DNA of 64,000 bases from Planctomycetes bacterium UBA1146 (GCA_002311345.1 DCAA01000043.1:6177-70176), one strand, 5' to 3'; shown: positions 19,530 through 29,907, counted from the first letter of the stretch. Numbers and translations are program-made. The notes: generated by a model not told the origin, from the sequence alone.

Positions 19530-20636
19530 TTGGATCGAGGTGAACTCGTGGAATTCCGCCAGGTTCCAGTCGACGGTTACGAAAAGGTAGTGGTGGCCAA
19601 GGACCACGATTCAGGTCTCCACGCCATCATCGCGATCCACGACACTACCCTGGGTCCAGCACTTGGTGGGCTACGGATGTGGGATTATCCAACCGAGGAG
19701 GAAGCCCTTACCGATGTTTTGCGGCTTGCACGCGGCATGACCTACAAGAGTGCCTGTGCCAACACCGGGCTCGGTGGGGGTAAGGCAGTGATCATCGGTG
19801 ATCAGGAATCGGACAAGACCGAGGATCGTTTCCGTTGCATGGGACGCTTCATCGATAGCCTTGGTGGTCGTTACATCACTGCCGAGGATGTGGGGATCAG
19901 TATTCGGGAACTGGAATGGATCGGTGAGGAAACCCGTTTCGTGACGGGACTTTCGCGTCAATCCGGTTCGAGTGGCAATCCGTCTCCTTTCACCGCAAGA
20001 GGAGTGATTCGTGGGCTGTTTGCCTGCACCGAGGAACGATACGGGACCAGCCATCTCGACCGTCTTCATTACGCCGTCCAGGGTCTTGGACAGGTCGGGG
20101 GAGAAGTAGTGCGCTGTCTCTCGATGCTCGGAGCAACGGTCACCGTTTCGGACATCAACGAGGAACGTTGTCAGGAGTTCGTTGCTCTGCCGGGTGTTGA
20201 AGTTGTTCCCATTGACGAGATCTATGAGGTCCGTTGTGATGTGCTCATGCCCTGTGCCCTCGGTGGGGTCCTCAACGACAATACGATTCCGCTCTTGAAA
20301 ACTCAGGTGGTTGCCGGCTGCGCGAACAACCAGTTGCTACGGGATGATCATGGTCGGGAACTCCACGATCGCGGAATCCTCTATGCACCTGATTTCATCA
20401 TCAATGCTGGAGGCATCATCAATGTTTCGGTAGAAGCACGACCTGAGGGATACGATGAACGGACTGCGGTTCTCAAGATCGAGAACATCTATAACGCTCT
20501 TCGTGAAGTATTCGACACGGCTCGCCGGGAGAATCTGACCCCTGCGGAGGCTGCTGACCGCGTTGCGGAAAACCGTCTAGATGAGGCGCGTAGACGCAAT
20601 GGGAGTTCGGTCATGGATGTAGCTCCTAACCCTTGA
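19530..20636 (+). CDS. Leucine dehydrogenase (Glu/Leu/Phe/Val dehydrogenase family)
   Basis: AIIAIHDTTLGPALGG and GGGKAVIIGD motifs are present. A GTG at 19548 with a GAGGTG SD is an alternative start. Confidence 0.8.
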   Translation: MDRGELVEFRQVPVDGYEKVVVAKDHDSGLHAIIAIHDTTLGPALGGLRMWDYPTEEEALTDVLRLARGMTYKSACANTGLGGGKAVIIGDQESDKTEDRFRCMGRFIDSLGGRYITAEDVGISIRELEWIGEETRFVTGLSRQSGSSGNPSPFTARGVIRGLFACTEERYGTSHLDRLHYAVQGLGQVGGEVVRCLSMLGATVTVSDINEERCQEFVALPGVEVVPIDEIYEVRCDVLMPCALGGVLNDNTIPLLKTQVVAGCANNQLLRDDHGRELHDRGILYAPDFIINAGGIINVSVEARPEGYDERTAVLKIENIYNALREVFDTARRENLTPAEAADRVAENRLDEARRRNGSSVMDVAPNP

Positions 20637-21007
20637 TGACTTTTTTCCCTCCAATTGGATTCCGACTGCCACGCCGAGCTCGTATTCGGACTCGTTCCGA
20701 CTTCCAGGTGGTTTTTTCGAATGGTCGTCGTTGTAGTACGCAGCACATTCGTGCCGTGATTCATCCCAATGGGGGAGAGTGGTCTCGGATCGGCATGGCG
20801 GTGAGTCGCAAGGTCGGCAATGCCGTGGTTCGCAATCGCCTGAAAAGAAGGCTACGTGAGATTTTTCGTATCCACCGGGATCAAGCTCCGCAGTCGAGAG
20901 ATTTCGTCTTCATTCCCCGACCGGGGTGCGCCGATCTCTCTTTCGAAGAACTCTGTTCAGAGGTGGTCACTCTGATCTCGATGGAACTCGGGCAGCATCA
21001 CTCCTGA
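20633..21007 (+). CDS. rnpA: Ribonuclease P protein component
   Basis: The basic RnpA signature RNRLKRRLRE is present in a 124-aa protein. The start overlaps the upstream stop. Confidence 0.8.
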   Translation: MMTFFPPIGFRLPRRARIRTRSDFQVVFSNGRRCSTQHIRAVIHPNGGEWSRIGMAVSRKVGNAVVRNRLKRRLREIFRIHRDQAPQSRDFVFIPRPGCADLSFEELCSEVVTLISMELGQHHS

Positions 21008-21028
21008 TGAACTGGAGAGAGGGTTCAG

Positions 21029-21283
21029 ATGGCATCCGCACCGGGAGTTCTGGCTCGGGTATTGATGGGAATCGTGAGGTTCTACCAGCGGGCGATCTCC
21101 TGCTGGCTTCCTCCTCTGTGTCGGTTCGAGCCGAGTTGTAGCCAGTATTCTCTGGAGGCGATCGAGCAGCACGGCTCATGGCGTGGTGCTCTCCTGACCG
21201 TACGCCGATTGCTTCGCTGCCAACCATTCTGTGACGGGGGTTATGACCCGGTTCCCCCTCGTGGAGATCAAACCAATAGATGA
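21029..21283 (+). CDS. yidD: Membrane protein insertion efficiency factor YidD
   Basis: The YRxxISxxxPxxCRFxPSCSxY signature is present and the gene sits immediately downstream of rnpA. Confidence 0.8.
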   Translation: MASAPGVLARVLMGIVRFYQRAISCWLPPLCRFEPSCSQYSLEAIEQHGSWRGALLTVRRLLRCQPFCDGGYDPVPPRGDQTNR

Positions 21284-21419
21284 GCCCTTTGCCGTCAGCG
21301 GCTGGATGCCGCGAGAGTGCTATTGCAGGATGTTTTATAAAGTGTAAAGTGCAAACCGCGCTGGAGGAGGTCTCTTCCTTGTAACGGAGGGGGCTCTATC
21401 GGGTAGGGAGTGTGCCACG

Positions 21420-21677
21420 GTGCCGGATCGTTTGGTGGGAAAAGTTCCACCCAAACTGTTCAAGATCGGCGAGGTGATGTCCGCGACGGGGATATCCCGC
21501 CAGACGATTCATGATTATACGGTCGGAGGATTTATCGACGAGGAGGAGCGCACACCGGCGGGGCACAGACTCTACGCAGAATGGGTATTCGAGCGTCTGG
21601 CACGAATTCGGGCGCTGCAGGCCAAAGGTCACTCACTGAAACAAATCAAACAGATGATCGACGAGGAGAAGATCTAG
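21420..21677 (+). CDS. MerR-family HTH DNA-binding protein (short, HTH-only)
   Basis: LFKIGEVMSATGISRQTIHDYTVGG matches the MerR N-terminal HTH. There is no effector domain in its 85 aa. Confidence 0.5.
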   Translation: MPDRLVGKVPPKLFKIGEVMSATGISRQTIHDYTVGGFIDEEERTPAGHRLYAEWVFERLARIRALQAKGHSLKQIKQMIDEEKI

Positions 21678-21821
21678 ATGTCGTGGACCGAACCTCCTTT
21701 CCTCACCGCGGCTCTCGTCCTGGTTCTGGCGATCCAGTTGGTTCCGGTTCGATCTCGATCGCTTCTTCCGTTAAGGTGGGTCTCGCGTATCGAAAAACTG
21801 CGACAGAAAAAGCGGTGAACC

Positions 21822-22220
21822 ATGGCTTCAGGAGAAACCCACTGCGGTGATGCAAAGCGCCTGTTAGAGGCTTTTGAGCACCAGGCACGTCTCTACGAGC
21901 AACTGCTCGAGAGATGTGGGTCCTGCGGTGCAGATCCCATGACGCTGGCCACCGAGGCAGCGCAAGTGCAACAAGGGGCGCGTGAGATCCAGGATTCGGT
22001 CAAAGATGTGCTGGAGAGGTGGGCTGAGATTTCCAGTTCCATCGATCCTGATCTGAGGGTGCAGATCGATACAGAGCGTCACAGGATCGAGCAGGCGATG
22101 CTGGGGGTTCTGTCTCAGCACGAGGTACTGCTCGGGGAATTGGCCCAGCAACAACCGGGCAAGACCGATGCAACGGCTCAAATACGCCTGGCGACCGAGA
22201 CCGCATACGACCTTTCCTGA
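21822..22220 (+). CDS. Hypothetical helical protein (132 aa)
   Basis: The ORF is sized to fill the gap upstream of the radical-SAM gene. I recognised no domain. Confidence 0.3.
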   Translation: MASGETHCGDAKRLLEAFEHQARLYEQLLERCGSCGADPMTLATEAAQVQQGAREIQDSVKDVLERWAEISSSIDPDLRVQIDTERHRIEQAMLGVLSQHEVLLGELAQQQPGKTDATAQIRLATETAYDLS

Positions 22221-22377
22221 GCGGGCCCGGATCCAAATGGCAGAGGTGAGGCTCTGTGGTACCATTCCCTCCGAATTTACCCTGCAGGATTTTTCAGCGG
22301 GGGTGGTCCTTGTCGTCAGGCACCACGATCGAAATCGTCGCCTTTTGGCATGAGAACCGGCCGGGAGAGGGAGTCTC

Positions 22378-25254
22378 ATGACCGAGAAGAACCAGGATTC
22401 GCTTTGGGATGCGATGGGCAAGGTTGGCTTCCGCAGTGGTCCCTCCGCCGCCGCAGAGGGAGAGGACCTGTGCCAGATTCCCGATGCGGGAAACCTCAAG
22501 AACCACCCCTATGTTTCCTTTCTCCATCGGCTCGAGAAACCAGGGCGTTACACCGGAGGTGAACTTCACTCGGTCAAGAAGCAAGAAGCAGAACTAAGTT
22601 TCTTGCTGGCATTTCCCGATGTTTACGAGATCGGGATGAGCCACCTTGGCTTCAAGATCCTCTATTCACACCTCAACGATCTGGAGGGGGTAAGAGCTGA
22701 GCGGGTCTACGCTCCGTGGGTCGATTGTGAGAAAGAGTTGCGTGATCGAGGGCTTCCTCTGGTGAGCCTCGAATCATGGCAACCGATGAACGCCTTCGAC
22801 GTGGTCGGATTCTCGCTCCAGTATGAACTCACTTTCACCAATGTCCTGACGATGCTCGATCTGGGAGGGATTCCGATCCGGTCCGAGGATCGAGACGATG
22901 ATTGTCCCCTGGTGATGGCGGGGGGACCGGTTGCCTTTCAGCCGGAGCCGCTGAGTGCCTTCATCGATGCGTTCCTGATCGGGGATGGCGAGGGGTTCTT
23001 CCATGCCGTTGTAAAGCGATGGCGCGAACTGAAGGACCAAGGGGTCGATCGTCGCGAGCGGCTCATCCACATCAGCCAACTGGCTGGAGTTTACGTCCCT
23101 TCGCTCTACAGCACCAAGATAGAGCCCCTCACCGGAGTGACAGTGGTCGATGCTCCTCTCGATGACCGTGTTCCAGAACGTGTGTCCAGGGCGCACGTTA
23201 AAGATCTGGGAGAGTTTCCCTTCCCTTCTCGTTCACCGGTTCCCAATACCGAGGTGGTGTTCGACCGAGTGAGCATCGAGGTGGCACGAGGATGCACCGA
23301 GGGGTGCCGCTTCTGTCAGGCAGGGATGATCTACCGCCCGGTCAGGGAAAGATCCCCGGAGGAGATCCAGGATACGGTGCGTGACGCGATTCGTTGCGGC
23401 GGATTCGACGAGGTTTCCCTGACCAGCCTTTCCACTGCCGATTACAGTGCCATTGAACCTCTCGTGAAAAAGGTGATGCCGGAACTTCGCGACAAGAACA
23501 TCTCCCTTTCCGTCTCGTCGCTGAGGGCTTATGGCCTCACTGATGCGATGCTCGATGAAATGGCTACCGTACGAAACACCTCCTTGACCTTTGCTCCGGA
23601 AGCGGGAACCCAGCGGATGCGGGATGTGGTCAACAAGAACATTTCCGAACAGGACATCGCCAAGAGCGCCCACCGGATCTTCTCGCGTGGTTGGCGCAAG
23701 ATGAAGTTGTACTTCATGATCGGGCTTCCGACCGAGGAAGAAGCGGACGTAAGGGGGATTGCGGATCTCGGTAAGAGGATGCTTTCCATCGCCCAGGAGT
23801 ACCTCCCGAAGGGGCGGGCGAATGTCACCATTTCCGTCTCCAGCCATATTCCGAAACCGTTCACTCCCTTCCAGTGGGCAGCGATGGATGACATTCCAGA
23901 GATCGAGAAAAAGCAGCAAGCACTGAGAAAATGGACCAGGGCTCCAGGACTGACTTTCCGCTGGCACGATCCAACTACCAGCCACATCGAGGGGATCCTG
24001 AGTCGTGGTGATCGAGTCCTGTGTGACGTGGTCGAAACCGCATGGCGCAATGGTGCTCGATTCGATGGCTGGTCCGACCGACTCCGATTCGACCTCTGGA
24101 TGGAGGCGATCGAGGAGCATCAGATCGATCGATACCGTTATCTTGGCACCATTCCGATCGATGCTCGCCTTCCCTGGGACCACATCGATTGCGGTGTTGA
24201 ACACAAGTTTCTGGTCAAGGAATACCAGAAGTCGCTCAAGGATCGAACCTCCCACCCTTGTGGTAAGCCCGGGCGAAAGTTGACGCATTACAACAATCTG
24301 GAGGATGCGACCGCGGACAAGCGGCGACTCGTTTGTTACGACTGCGGGATCGTCTGCGATCTTGCCCGGATGAAGGAAGAGCGCATCGAGTCCCTCGAGT
24401 ATCTCGATGCGCATCGAGATGAGGCTCAGGCCTCTTCACAGACCGATGCGAGTGTAGAACTGGTACGCGAGCAGTCGAGGGAGCGCTTCTTCGCACGGAA
24501 GAACCACACTCTTCCACCCGTGAGGAAGGAACTCGATCGTCCCAGTTTCTCCTACCGGGTTCGATATGCGAAGGTGGGAACGGCTCGTTTCATGGGTCAT
24601 CTCGACCTGAACAGGATGTTTCCCCGGGCGATCCGTCGCGCCGGGTTTTCGCCGTCCTATTCGCAGGGTTTTCATCCGATTCCACGGATGGCGTTTGGTC
24701 CTCCGTTGCGCCTGGGGATGGCAGGACTCTCGGAGGTGGTGGATCTGCGCCTGCAGCAGCAGGTCGATCCAGAATCTCTCCATGCGGCACTCGCGGCCCA
24801 GTGCCCCGAAGGGGTTGAACTCCGTTCGATTCATGTCGTCGGCAAGGATGCTCCCAAGTTGTCTGCTGTCACCAGCTGGGCAGATGTCTTCATTCTGCTC
24901 CCCCGGGAGTCGGCCGTGGGTATTCGTCCGGATGCGATCGATCAGTTGCTCGCTGAGTCCGAGATCATCGTCGAGAGGAGAACCAAGAAGGGCAAGTTCA
25001 AGACCATCGATATCCGACCCGGGATCGACGGTATTTCCTGGGTCGAGGAGGTCCCTGCGGATGCAGCCGGGCTGATGTCATTGCGCGAGGATGAACGAAT
25101 GCTTCAGATGAGGATCTGCCTCCAGGGAGAGCATCCGGCAAAACCGGAGGAGATCCTGTTGAGGCTCTTTGAAGGCACCATTCCGACCGGTACCCAGGTG
25201 ATTCGAAGACGACTACTCCCAAGTCCTACCCCGACACTGGCGATATCCGTTTGA
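22378..25254 (+). CDS. Uncharacterised B12-binding-like radical SAM protein fused to a DUF2344-type radical-SAM-linked domain
   Basis: The CxxxCxxC cluster motif CTEGCRFCQAG lies within an 958-aa continuous ORF. The architecture matches the TIGR03960 plus TIGR03936 family. Confidence 0.8.
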   Translation: MTEKNQDSLWDAMGKVGFRSGPSAAAEGEDLCQIPDAGNLKNHPYVSFLHRLEKPGRYTGGELHSVKKQEAELSFLLAFPDVYEIGMSHLGFKILYSHLNDLEGVRAERVYAPWVDCEKELRDRGLPLVSLESWQPMNAFDVVGFSLQYELTFTNVLTMLDLGGIPIRSEDRDDDCPLVMAGGPVAFQPEPLSAFIDAFLIGDGEGFFHAVVKRWRELKDQGVDRRERLIHISQLAGVYVPSLYSTKIEPLTGVTVVDAPLDDRVPERVSRAHVKDLGEFPFPSRSPVPNTEVVFDRVSIEVARGCTEGCRFCQAGMIYRPVRERSPEEIQDTVRDAIRCGGFDEVSLTSLSTADYSAIEPLVKKVMPELRDKNISLSVSSLRAYGLTDAMLDEMATVRNTSLTFAPEAGTQRMRDVVNKNISEQDIAKSAHRIFSRGWRKMKLYFMIGLPTEEEADVRGIADLGKRMLSIAQEYLPKGRANVTISVSSHIPKPFTPFQWAAMDDIPEIEKKQQALRKWTRAPGLTFRWHDPTTSHIEGILSRGDRVLCDVVETAWRNGARFDGWSDRLRFDLWMEAIEEHQIDRYRYLGTIPIDARLPWDHIDCGVEHKFLVKEYQKSLKDRTSHPCGKPGRKLTHYNNLEDATADKRRLVCYDCGIVCDLARMKEERIESLEYLDAHRDEAQASSQTDASVELVREQSRERFFARKNHTLPPVRKELDRPSFSYRVRYAKVGTARFMGHLDLNRMFPRAIRRAGFSPSYSQGFHPIPRMAFGPPLRLGMAGLSEVVDLRLQQQVDPESLHAALAAQCPEGVELRSIHVVGKDAPKLSAVTSWADVFILLPRESAVGIRPDAIDQLLAESEIIVERRTKKGKFKTIDIRPGIDGISWVEEVPADAAGLMSLREDERMLQMRICLQGEHPAKPEEILLRLFEGTIPTGTQVIRRRLLPSPTPTLAISV

Positions 25255-26126
25255 CGAGGAGAGAGGGCATCTTGGAGCTTGCACCTGACAAGAGAATCGT
25301 AGAACTGCAGATGCTGATCGAGATAGCTCTGCGGGCAGCCCGTGTAGCCGGTGAGATCTCCAGAAGGCATTTTCTCGATCACAATTTGGCCGTCGATTCG
25401 AAAGAGGACGGGACACCTGTCACCAGCGCAGACCGGCAGGCAGAAGAGGCGATGCGAGAAATCCTCCGCCAGGGTGCTCCTGAGCTGGGGATCTTCGGGG
25501 AAGAATATGGGCACGAAGGGGACTTGCACGATCGCTGGATAATCGACCCGATCGATGGCACCCAGAACTTCATCGATGGTGTGCCTCACTTCGCAGCTCT
25601 CATCGGTCTTCAACTGGAAGGTCAGTCAGTACTCGGGGTGGTCCATTGTTCGGTGCTGGGGTCTCAGGAGGGTGCACCGGAGCAACTCGGGCAAAGTTGG
25701 TGGGGGGGACCGGGAGTCGGTGCCTGGAAGGGACCGGGGACGACATCGGAATCGGTCCGCGCTCGGCAACTTCAAAGTCGTCCCTGCTCGAGACTCGAGG
25801 ATGCATTCATCTGTCACGGTGGTTTGAAGCACATCCAGGATTCTGGCTTGTGGGACCCTTTTACGGAGATCATCGCATCATCGAGAAGGAGCCGTGGCTA
25901 CGGCGACTGGATGGGGCACATGTTGGTTGCCGAAGGGGTCTGCGACGGGATGGTCGATCCTCGCGTGGCGCTCTACGACCTCGCCGCTGTCGAGCCAATC
26001 TTGCTTGCAGCGGGAGCAGTTCTCATCGCCAGTGAACCACTTCCACTCCAGGACGGATTCCTCGGGCAGGCGGTCTCCGGTACGGCTTCCATCGCCAGCG
26101 ATCTGGCGCAGAGACTCGATTTCTGA
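25251..26126 (+). CDS. Inositol monophosphatase family protein (IMPase/HisN-like)
   Basis: The metal-binding motif WIIDPIDGTQNF and an FGEEYG motif are present. The start overlaps the radical-SAM stop. Confidence 0.75.
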   Translation: MTRREGILELAPDKRIVELQMLIEIALRAARVAGEISRRHFLDHNLAVDSKEDGTPVTSADRQAEEAMREILRQGAPELGIFGEEYGHEGDLHDRWIIDPIDGTQNFIDGVPHFAALIGLQLEGQSVLGVVHCSVLGSQEGAPEQLGQSWWGGPGVGAWKGPGTTSESVRARQLQSRPCSRLEDAFICHGGLKHIQDSGLWDPFTEIIASSRRSRGYGDWMGHMLVAEGVCDGMVDPRVALYDLAAVEPILLAAGAVLIASEPLPLQDGFLGQAVSGTASIASDLAQRLDF

Positions 26127-26201
26127 TCGAGACTGCCCGGCGACAACTTCTATCTGGTGAGTCCAGCTTCTAGTTGCTGAGTCCTGCTGGAGTTCGACCG
26201 A

Positions 26202-26435
26202 CTAGGCTCCGTCTTCGCCGATCGCCTCGACGGGGCATTCTTCCTTCGCCTGCACACACAGTTCCTCTTCCTCGGGGGATGTCGGTTGCTTGAAGATGTA
26301 GGAATAGCCCTCGTCTTCATTGGCCCGGAAGTTGTCCGGTGCCGTGGTGCGACACAGGTCGCAGTCGATACATTCTTCGTCGACGTACCATTTGCCGGGT
26401 ATGTTGCTCTCGACCTTGTTTGCAGGATCTGCCAT
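26202..26435 (-). CDS. Single-cluster 4Fe-4S ferredoxin
   Basis: A CIDCDLC...CP cysteine pattern occurs in a 77-aa acidic protein. Confidence 0.7.
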   Translation of the reverse strand: MADPANKVESNIPGKWYVDEECIDCDLCRTTAPDNFRANEDEGYSYIFKQPTSPEEEELCVQAKEECPVEAIGEDGA

Positions 26436-26659
26436 CAGATATCTCCTATTTGACCGTCGAACGGGATCGGCTGAAAACGTCCACCTCCAGCACGGTCCCG
26501 TACTCCTCTAAGGATAGAGTTCTATCAGGTTACTGCAAGTAATCCGGGATCCACCTCCGGTAGCCCAGGGGCATGGAAGCGGCTATTCTCGACTCTTGCG
26601 GCTTCCGGGCGCAACCTCGGAGAGGCTTCGGATTCTCACGGTGGCCGAAACTGGTCGAA

Positions 26660-27511
26660 ATGGTGGCGAAAGGAGTTCCCTTGAGGGTCGTCATCGCACA
26701 CAGCCCCGATTCCGATGATGCGTTCATGCATTTCGCCATCGGTGAGGGCAAGGTGGATACCGGAGACTATCAATTCGATCACGTGATGGCGGATATCGAG
26801 ACCCTCAATCGCCATGCTGTCGAGGGTCGTCACGAAGTGACCGCCATCTCCATCCACGCCTATGCCCATCTCGCCGACCGCTATGCGCTGCTGAACCATG
26901 GCGCCAGCATGGGAGAAGGGTACGGCCCGGTGCTGATCGCACGCGAACCGATGGAGAGGGAAGAACTGCAAGCTTGCACCATTGCAGTTCCTGGAGAGTG
27001 GACCAGCGCAACTCTGGCGCTGAAACTGTGGCTGCCACTGGCGATTACCGAGGTGGTGCAATTCGATGAGATCATGCAGAGAATCGATTCTGGCGAATAC
27101 CAGGCAGGAGTGATCATCCACGAGGGGCAGGTCACCTATGCCGATGAGGGTTTTCACTGTGTGGTCGACCTGGGGCAGTGGTGGGCAAAAACCCAGAATG
27201 GACTCCCCTTACCCCTGGGAGGCAATGCCATCCGCAGGGATCTCGGTGAGGATCATATCCGCGAGATATCCCGTATCTTGCGAGATAGCATCGCTTATGC
27301 GTTGGAACATCGCCAAGAGGCTCTCCAGTATGCCGAGAAGTTCAACCGCGGGTTGACTCGAGAACAGACCGATCGATTTGTCGGGATGTATGTCAACCAG
27401 AGAACGCTAGATTACGGGGTTGATGGTCGCGAGGCGGTATGTCGTTTTCTGCGCATGGGCGCGGGGGCCGGCGAAGTTCCGGAGGTTTCCGAACCGGAAT
27501 TCATCGTCTGA
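26660..27511 (+). CDS. MqnA/MqnD-family menaquinone (futalosine pathway) biosynthesis protein, MqnD-like
   Basis: Segments VVIAHSPDSDDAFMHFAIGEGKVDT, ADIETLN, ISIHAY and GPVLIAREP align with the MqnD consensus (SPCPNDTF, ETLN, ISFHAY, GPLLIAREP). I chose the ATG at 26660. The ORF-track start is 26573. Confidence 0.6.
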   Translation: MVAKGVPLRVVIAHSPDSDDAFMHFAIGEGKVDTGDYQFDHVMADIETLNRHAVEGRHEVTAISIHAYAHLADRYALLNHGASMGEGYGPVLIAREPMEREELQACTIAVPGEWTSATLALKLWLPLAITEVVQFDEIMQRIDSGEYQAGVIIHEGQVTYADEGFHCVVDLGQWWAKTQNGLPLPLGGNAIRRDLGEDHIREISRILRDSIAYALEHRQEALQYAEKFNRGLTREQTDRFVGMYVNQRTLDYGVDGREAVCRFLRMGAGAGEVPEVSEPEFIV

Positions 27512-27643
27512 TCGATCTCGTTTACCCGACGTATCCCTGGAGATCCGGGGAGGGAGGTCACCCTGTCGGCCACCAACGAGGAACATCTCCCACCGTGGAG
27601 TTCCATCTCCGGCTGGGCGGGCACCTGTCACTCTCGTTCTCGG

Positions 27644-28909
27644 GTGATTCGTTGTGCCAACTGCGCGGAAGTCCGCGCACAGGTACAAGAACCAATTCCC
27701 TGGCTGCCTCGCGGGGCGGGTTGTTCCTATGGAGATGCAGCGATTCTCGATGAAGGCAGATTGTTGCTGCTCGATGGGCCACAACGATCCTCGACCACTG
27801 TTTCCAATTCCGATTCGATCGTCGTCTCATCGGCAGAGACTCTGAGAAGGCTGCTGTCCACTCTTGCCAACGAGGGACTCACTTTACCCGTGGTACCAGG
27901 TGTGCTTGACGCAACGGTGGGAGGTGTGCTCGCCGCAGATGCTCACGGAAAAAATCACCCGGTTCGAGGTTCCCTGCGCGATGTCACCCGGTCCATCCGA
28001 CTTGTGCTTCCGAGCGGAGAAGAGGTTGAATGTGATCGGGATCGCAACCAGGACCTGTTCGAAGCCACCATCGGTGGCATGGGATTGACGGGGATGATCG
28101 TCGAGGCGCAACTGGATGTGATTGCCTATGGTGGGCCGAATGCCTCTGTCGAAGTGTTGACCACCCCTGACCTCGAGAGTTCTCTGGAACAACTTCGACA
28201 ACTAGGACAACGTCAGGAACATGTTGCGGCATGGCTCGATCCAACGGCGCCTGATGATGCTTTCGGGCGGGGAATCGTCGTGGGTGGAACTGCAAATAAC
28301 CATGGTGGTAACGAAAACAGGTCCTGGAATTTCTCCCGTGCATTGCCGTTTCCACCCGGCCTCGGTGGATTTCTGGGTCCAACTACTCTCCGCTGGCATA
28401 ACAATTTTCGATATCGCTTTGCCGGTAGAAGTGATCGCGTCCGCTCCTGGAAACTGGAGCAATTACTGTTCCCGCTCGATCGGTGGTCGAACTGGAAGCG
28501 CATCTACCAGCCAAGGGGTTTCCATCAACATCAATCGCTGATTCCTCATAGTTGCTGCCAACAGGCGATCAAGAAATTGCTGAAGATTGCCTGCTCAGGT
28601 GCCCTGGAACCTACCCTCGTGGTTCTCAAGTGTATGCGAAGTGGTGGTGGTTGGCTCTCCTTCCCGGAGCAGGGGATGACCCTGACGATGGATATACGCG
28701 CCGATGAAGATTCACCCGAAATACTCCGGAGACTCGATCAGGAGGTCGCCGAGCAAGGCGGGAGGGTTTACCTGGCGAAGGACACGACCCTCACTCCGGA
28801 GTTGCTTGCACGGATGTACCCCGACCTGCCCCGTTTCCTGGAGTTGAGGCAACGGATCGATCCGGATCGAAAAATAGCATCAGATCTATCGAGAAGGCTG
28901 GACCTGTAA
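27644..28909 (+). CDS. FAD-linked oxidase (PCMH-type FAD-binding, DprE1/arabinonolactone-oxidase-like)
   Basis: GAGCSYGDAAI and VPGVLDATVGGVLAADAHGKNH motifs are present in a 421-aa protein. Confidence 0.65.
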   Translation: MIRCANCAEVRAQVQEPIPWLPRGAGCSYGDAAILDEGRLLLLDGPQRSSTTVSNSDSIVVSSAETLRRLLSTLANEGLTLPVVPGVLDATVGGVLAADAHGKNHPVRGSLRDVTRSIRLVLPSGEEVECDRDRNQDLFEATIGGMGLTGMIVEAQLDVIAYGGPNASVEVLTTPDLESSLEQLRQLGQRQEHVAAWLDPTAPDDAFGRGIVVGGTANNHGGNENRSWNFSRALPFPPGLGGFLGPTTLRWHNNFRYRFAGRSDRVRSWKLEQLLFPLDRWSNWKRIYQPRGFHQHQSLIPHSCCQQAIKKLLKIACSGALEPTLVVLKCMRSGGGWLSFPEQGMTLTMDIRADEDSPEILRRLDQEVAEQGGRVYLAKDTTLTPELLARMYPDLPRFLELRQRIDPDRKIASDLSRRLDL

Positions 28910-29046
28910 CGCAACAGGTCTGGAGCGATGCGCCAATCTTTTCGCCGTGAAGTGGTCGATTCAGGATCCTGAAGACGCTGCCGATGTCTTCCTCCCTCTC
29001 GAGAGGGTCATCTTGCTGCCGTGATTGGAATAAATCGGCGATTGAA

Positions 29047-29907
29047 TCAGAAACTGTAGGAAATACCGATCTCCAGCAATTCCAGTTGCAGATCGATTTC
29101 AGTTGGCCTTCCGGCTTGTTCGCCGATCACCTTCACGGAGTGATTTCGGGCACCCAGGAACAACTCCCAGTCCTGTGTGGGAGTCCAACTGATCCTGATC
29201 TGACCATCGATGCATTCTGTCTCGTAATCTGTGACCTCGGAGAGGGGCAAGAAAGTAAATGCGGCATCGATATTCCAGGCTGGTGATATCGGTAGGTTCG
29301 CAGCCAGGCCGAGAATCGGAGTCGGGACCACTTCGTCAATCTCGGAGAAGGTAGATGGAGTTGTGAGCGAACGAAGTTCCAGACGAAGTTCGGTCAGATT
29401 GAGTCCTGCAAGTAATCGGAGATCGAGGGGAAGAGAATCTGTCGCTTCAGGACCCGGTAGTGGAAATGCCATCATCAGCCTGGAACTGATCAGGTCCGTT
29501 TCCAGCGCGTAGGCATCGAGAGGAAGCGTTGCACCTCCCAGTGCCCCCTCGAACGTTCCTCCTCCCTTGTTGGAGATTCCCACCCGGTCGAAGAGGAACC
29601 TCAGCGGGCCGTGATCGATCTCGACTCTGGCCGACAGCGTCAAGGAAGAGTCCGCCGCGCCGAATTTGTCAAGATCTACCTCGGATGGAACCCCGTCCAG
29701 TTCGGTGGTGATCGAACCTTCGGGTGCAGCTCTGGCTGCGGAGATGAAGCCTTTCACATCCAATTCTTGATGGAATTTCGAGGAGATGGAACATCCAGCA
29801 AGAATGGTGACGATGCTCAACAGGGGCAGCGCCAGCCAGCCTGAAGTCCGGCCGGTTGCCTGCAACTTCTTCGGATTGGATCTGTGATTCGGTAGGAAAG
29901 CATCCAA
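29047..29907 (-). CDS. Putative outer-membrane β-barrel lipoprotein
   Basis: The signal peptide carries a lipobox (ILAGCS). Amphipathic β-strands alternate, and the C-terminus ends ISYSF with an aromatic terminal residue. Confidence 0.45.
   Translation of the reverse strand: MDAFLPNHRSNPKKLQATGRTSGWLALPLLSIVTILAGCSISSKFHQELDVKGFISAARAAPEGSITTELDGVPSEVDLDKFGAADSSLTLSARVEIDHGPLRFLFDRVGISNKGGGTFEGALGGATLPLDAYALETDLISSRLMMAFPLPGPEATDSLPLDLRLLAGLNLTELRLELRSLTTPSTFSEIDEVVPTPILGLAANLPISPAWNIDAAFTFLPLSEVTDYETECIDGQIRISWTPTQDWELFLGARNHSVKVIGEQAGRPTEIDLQLELLEIGISYSF

Noticed and set aside
28909-29047. Perfect 14-nt palindrome CCCTCTCGAGAGGG between convergent genes as a bidirectional terminator
   Set aside because: The stem would be only 5 bp with a 4-nt loop and no flanking T-tract. 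That is too weak to call.
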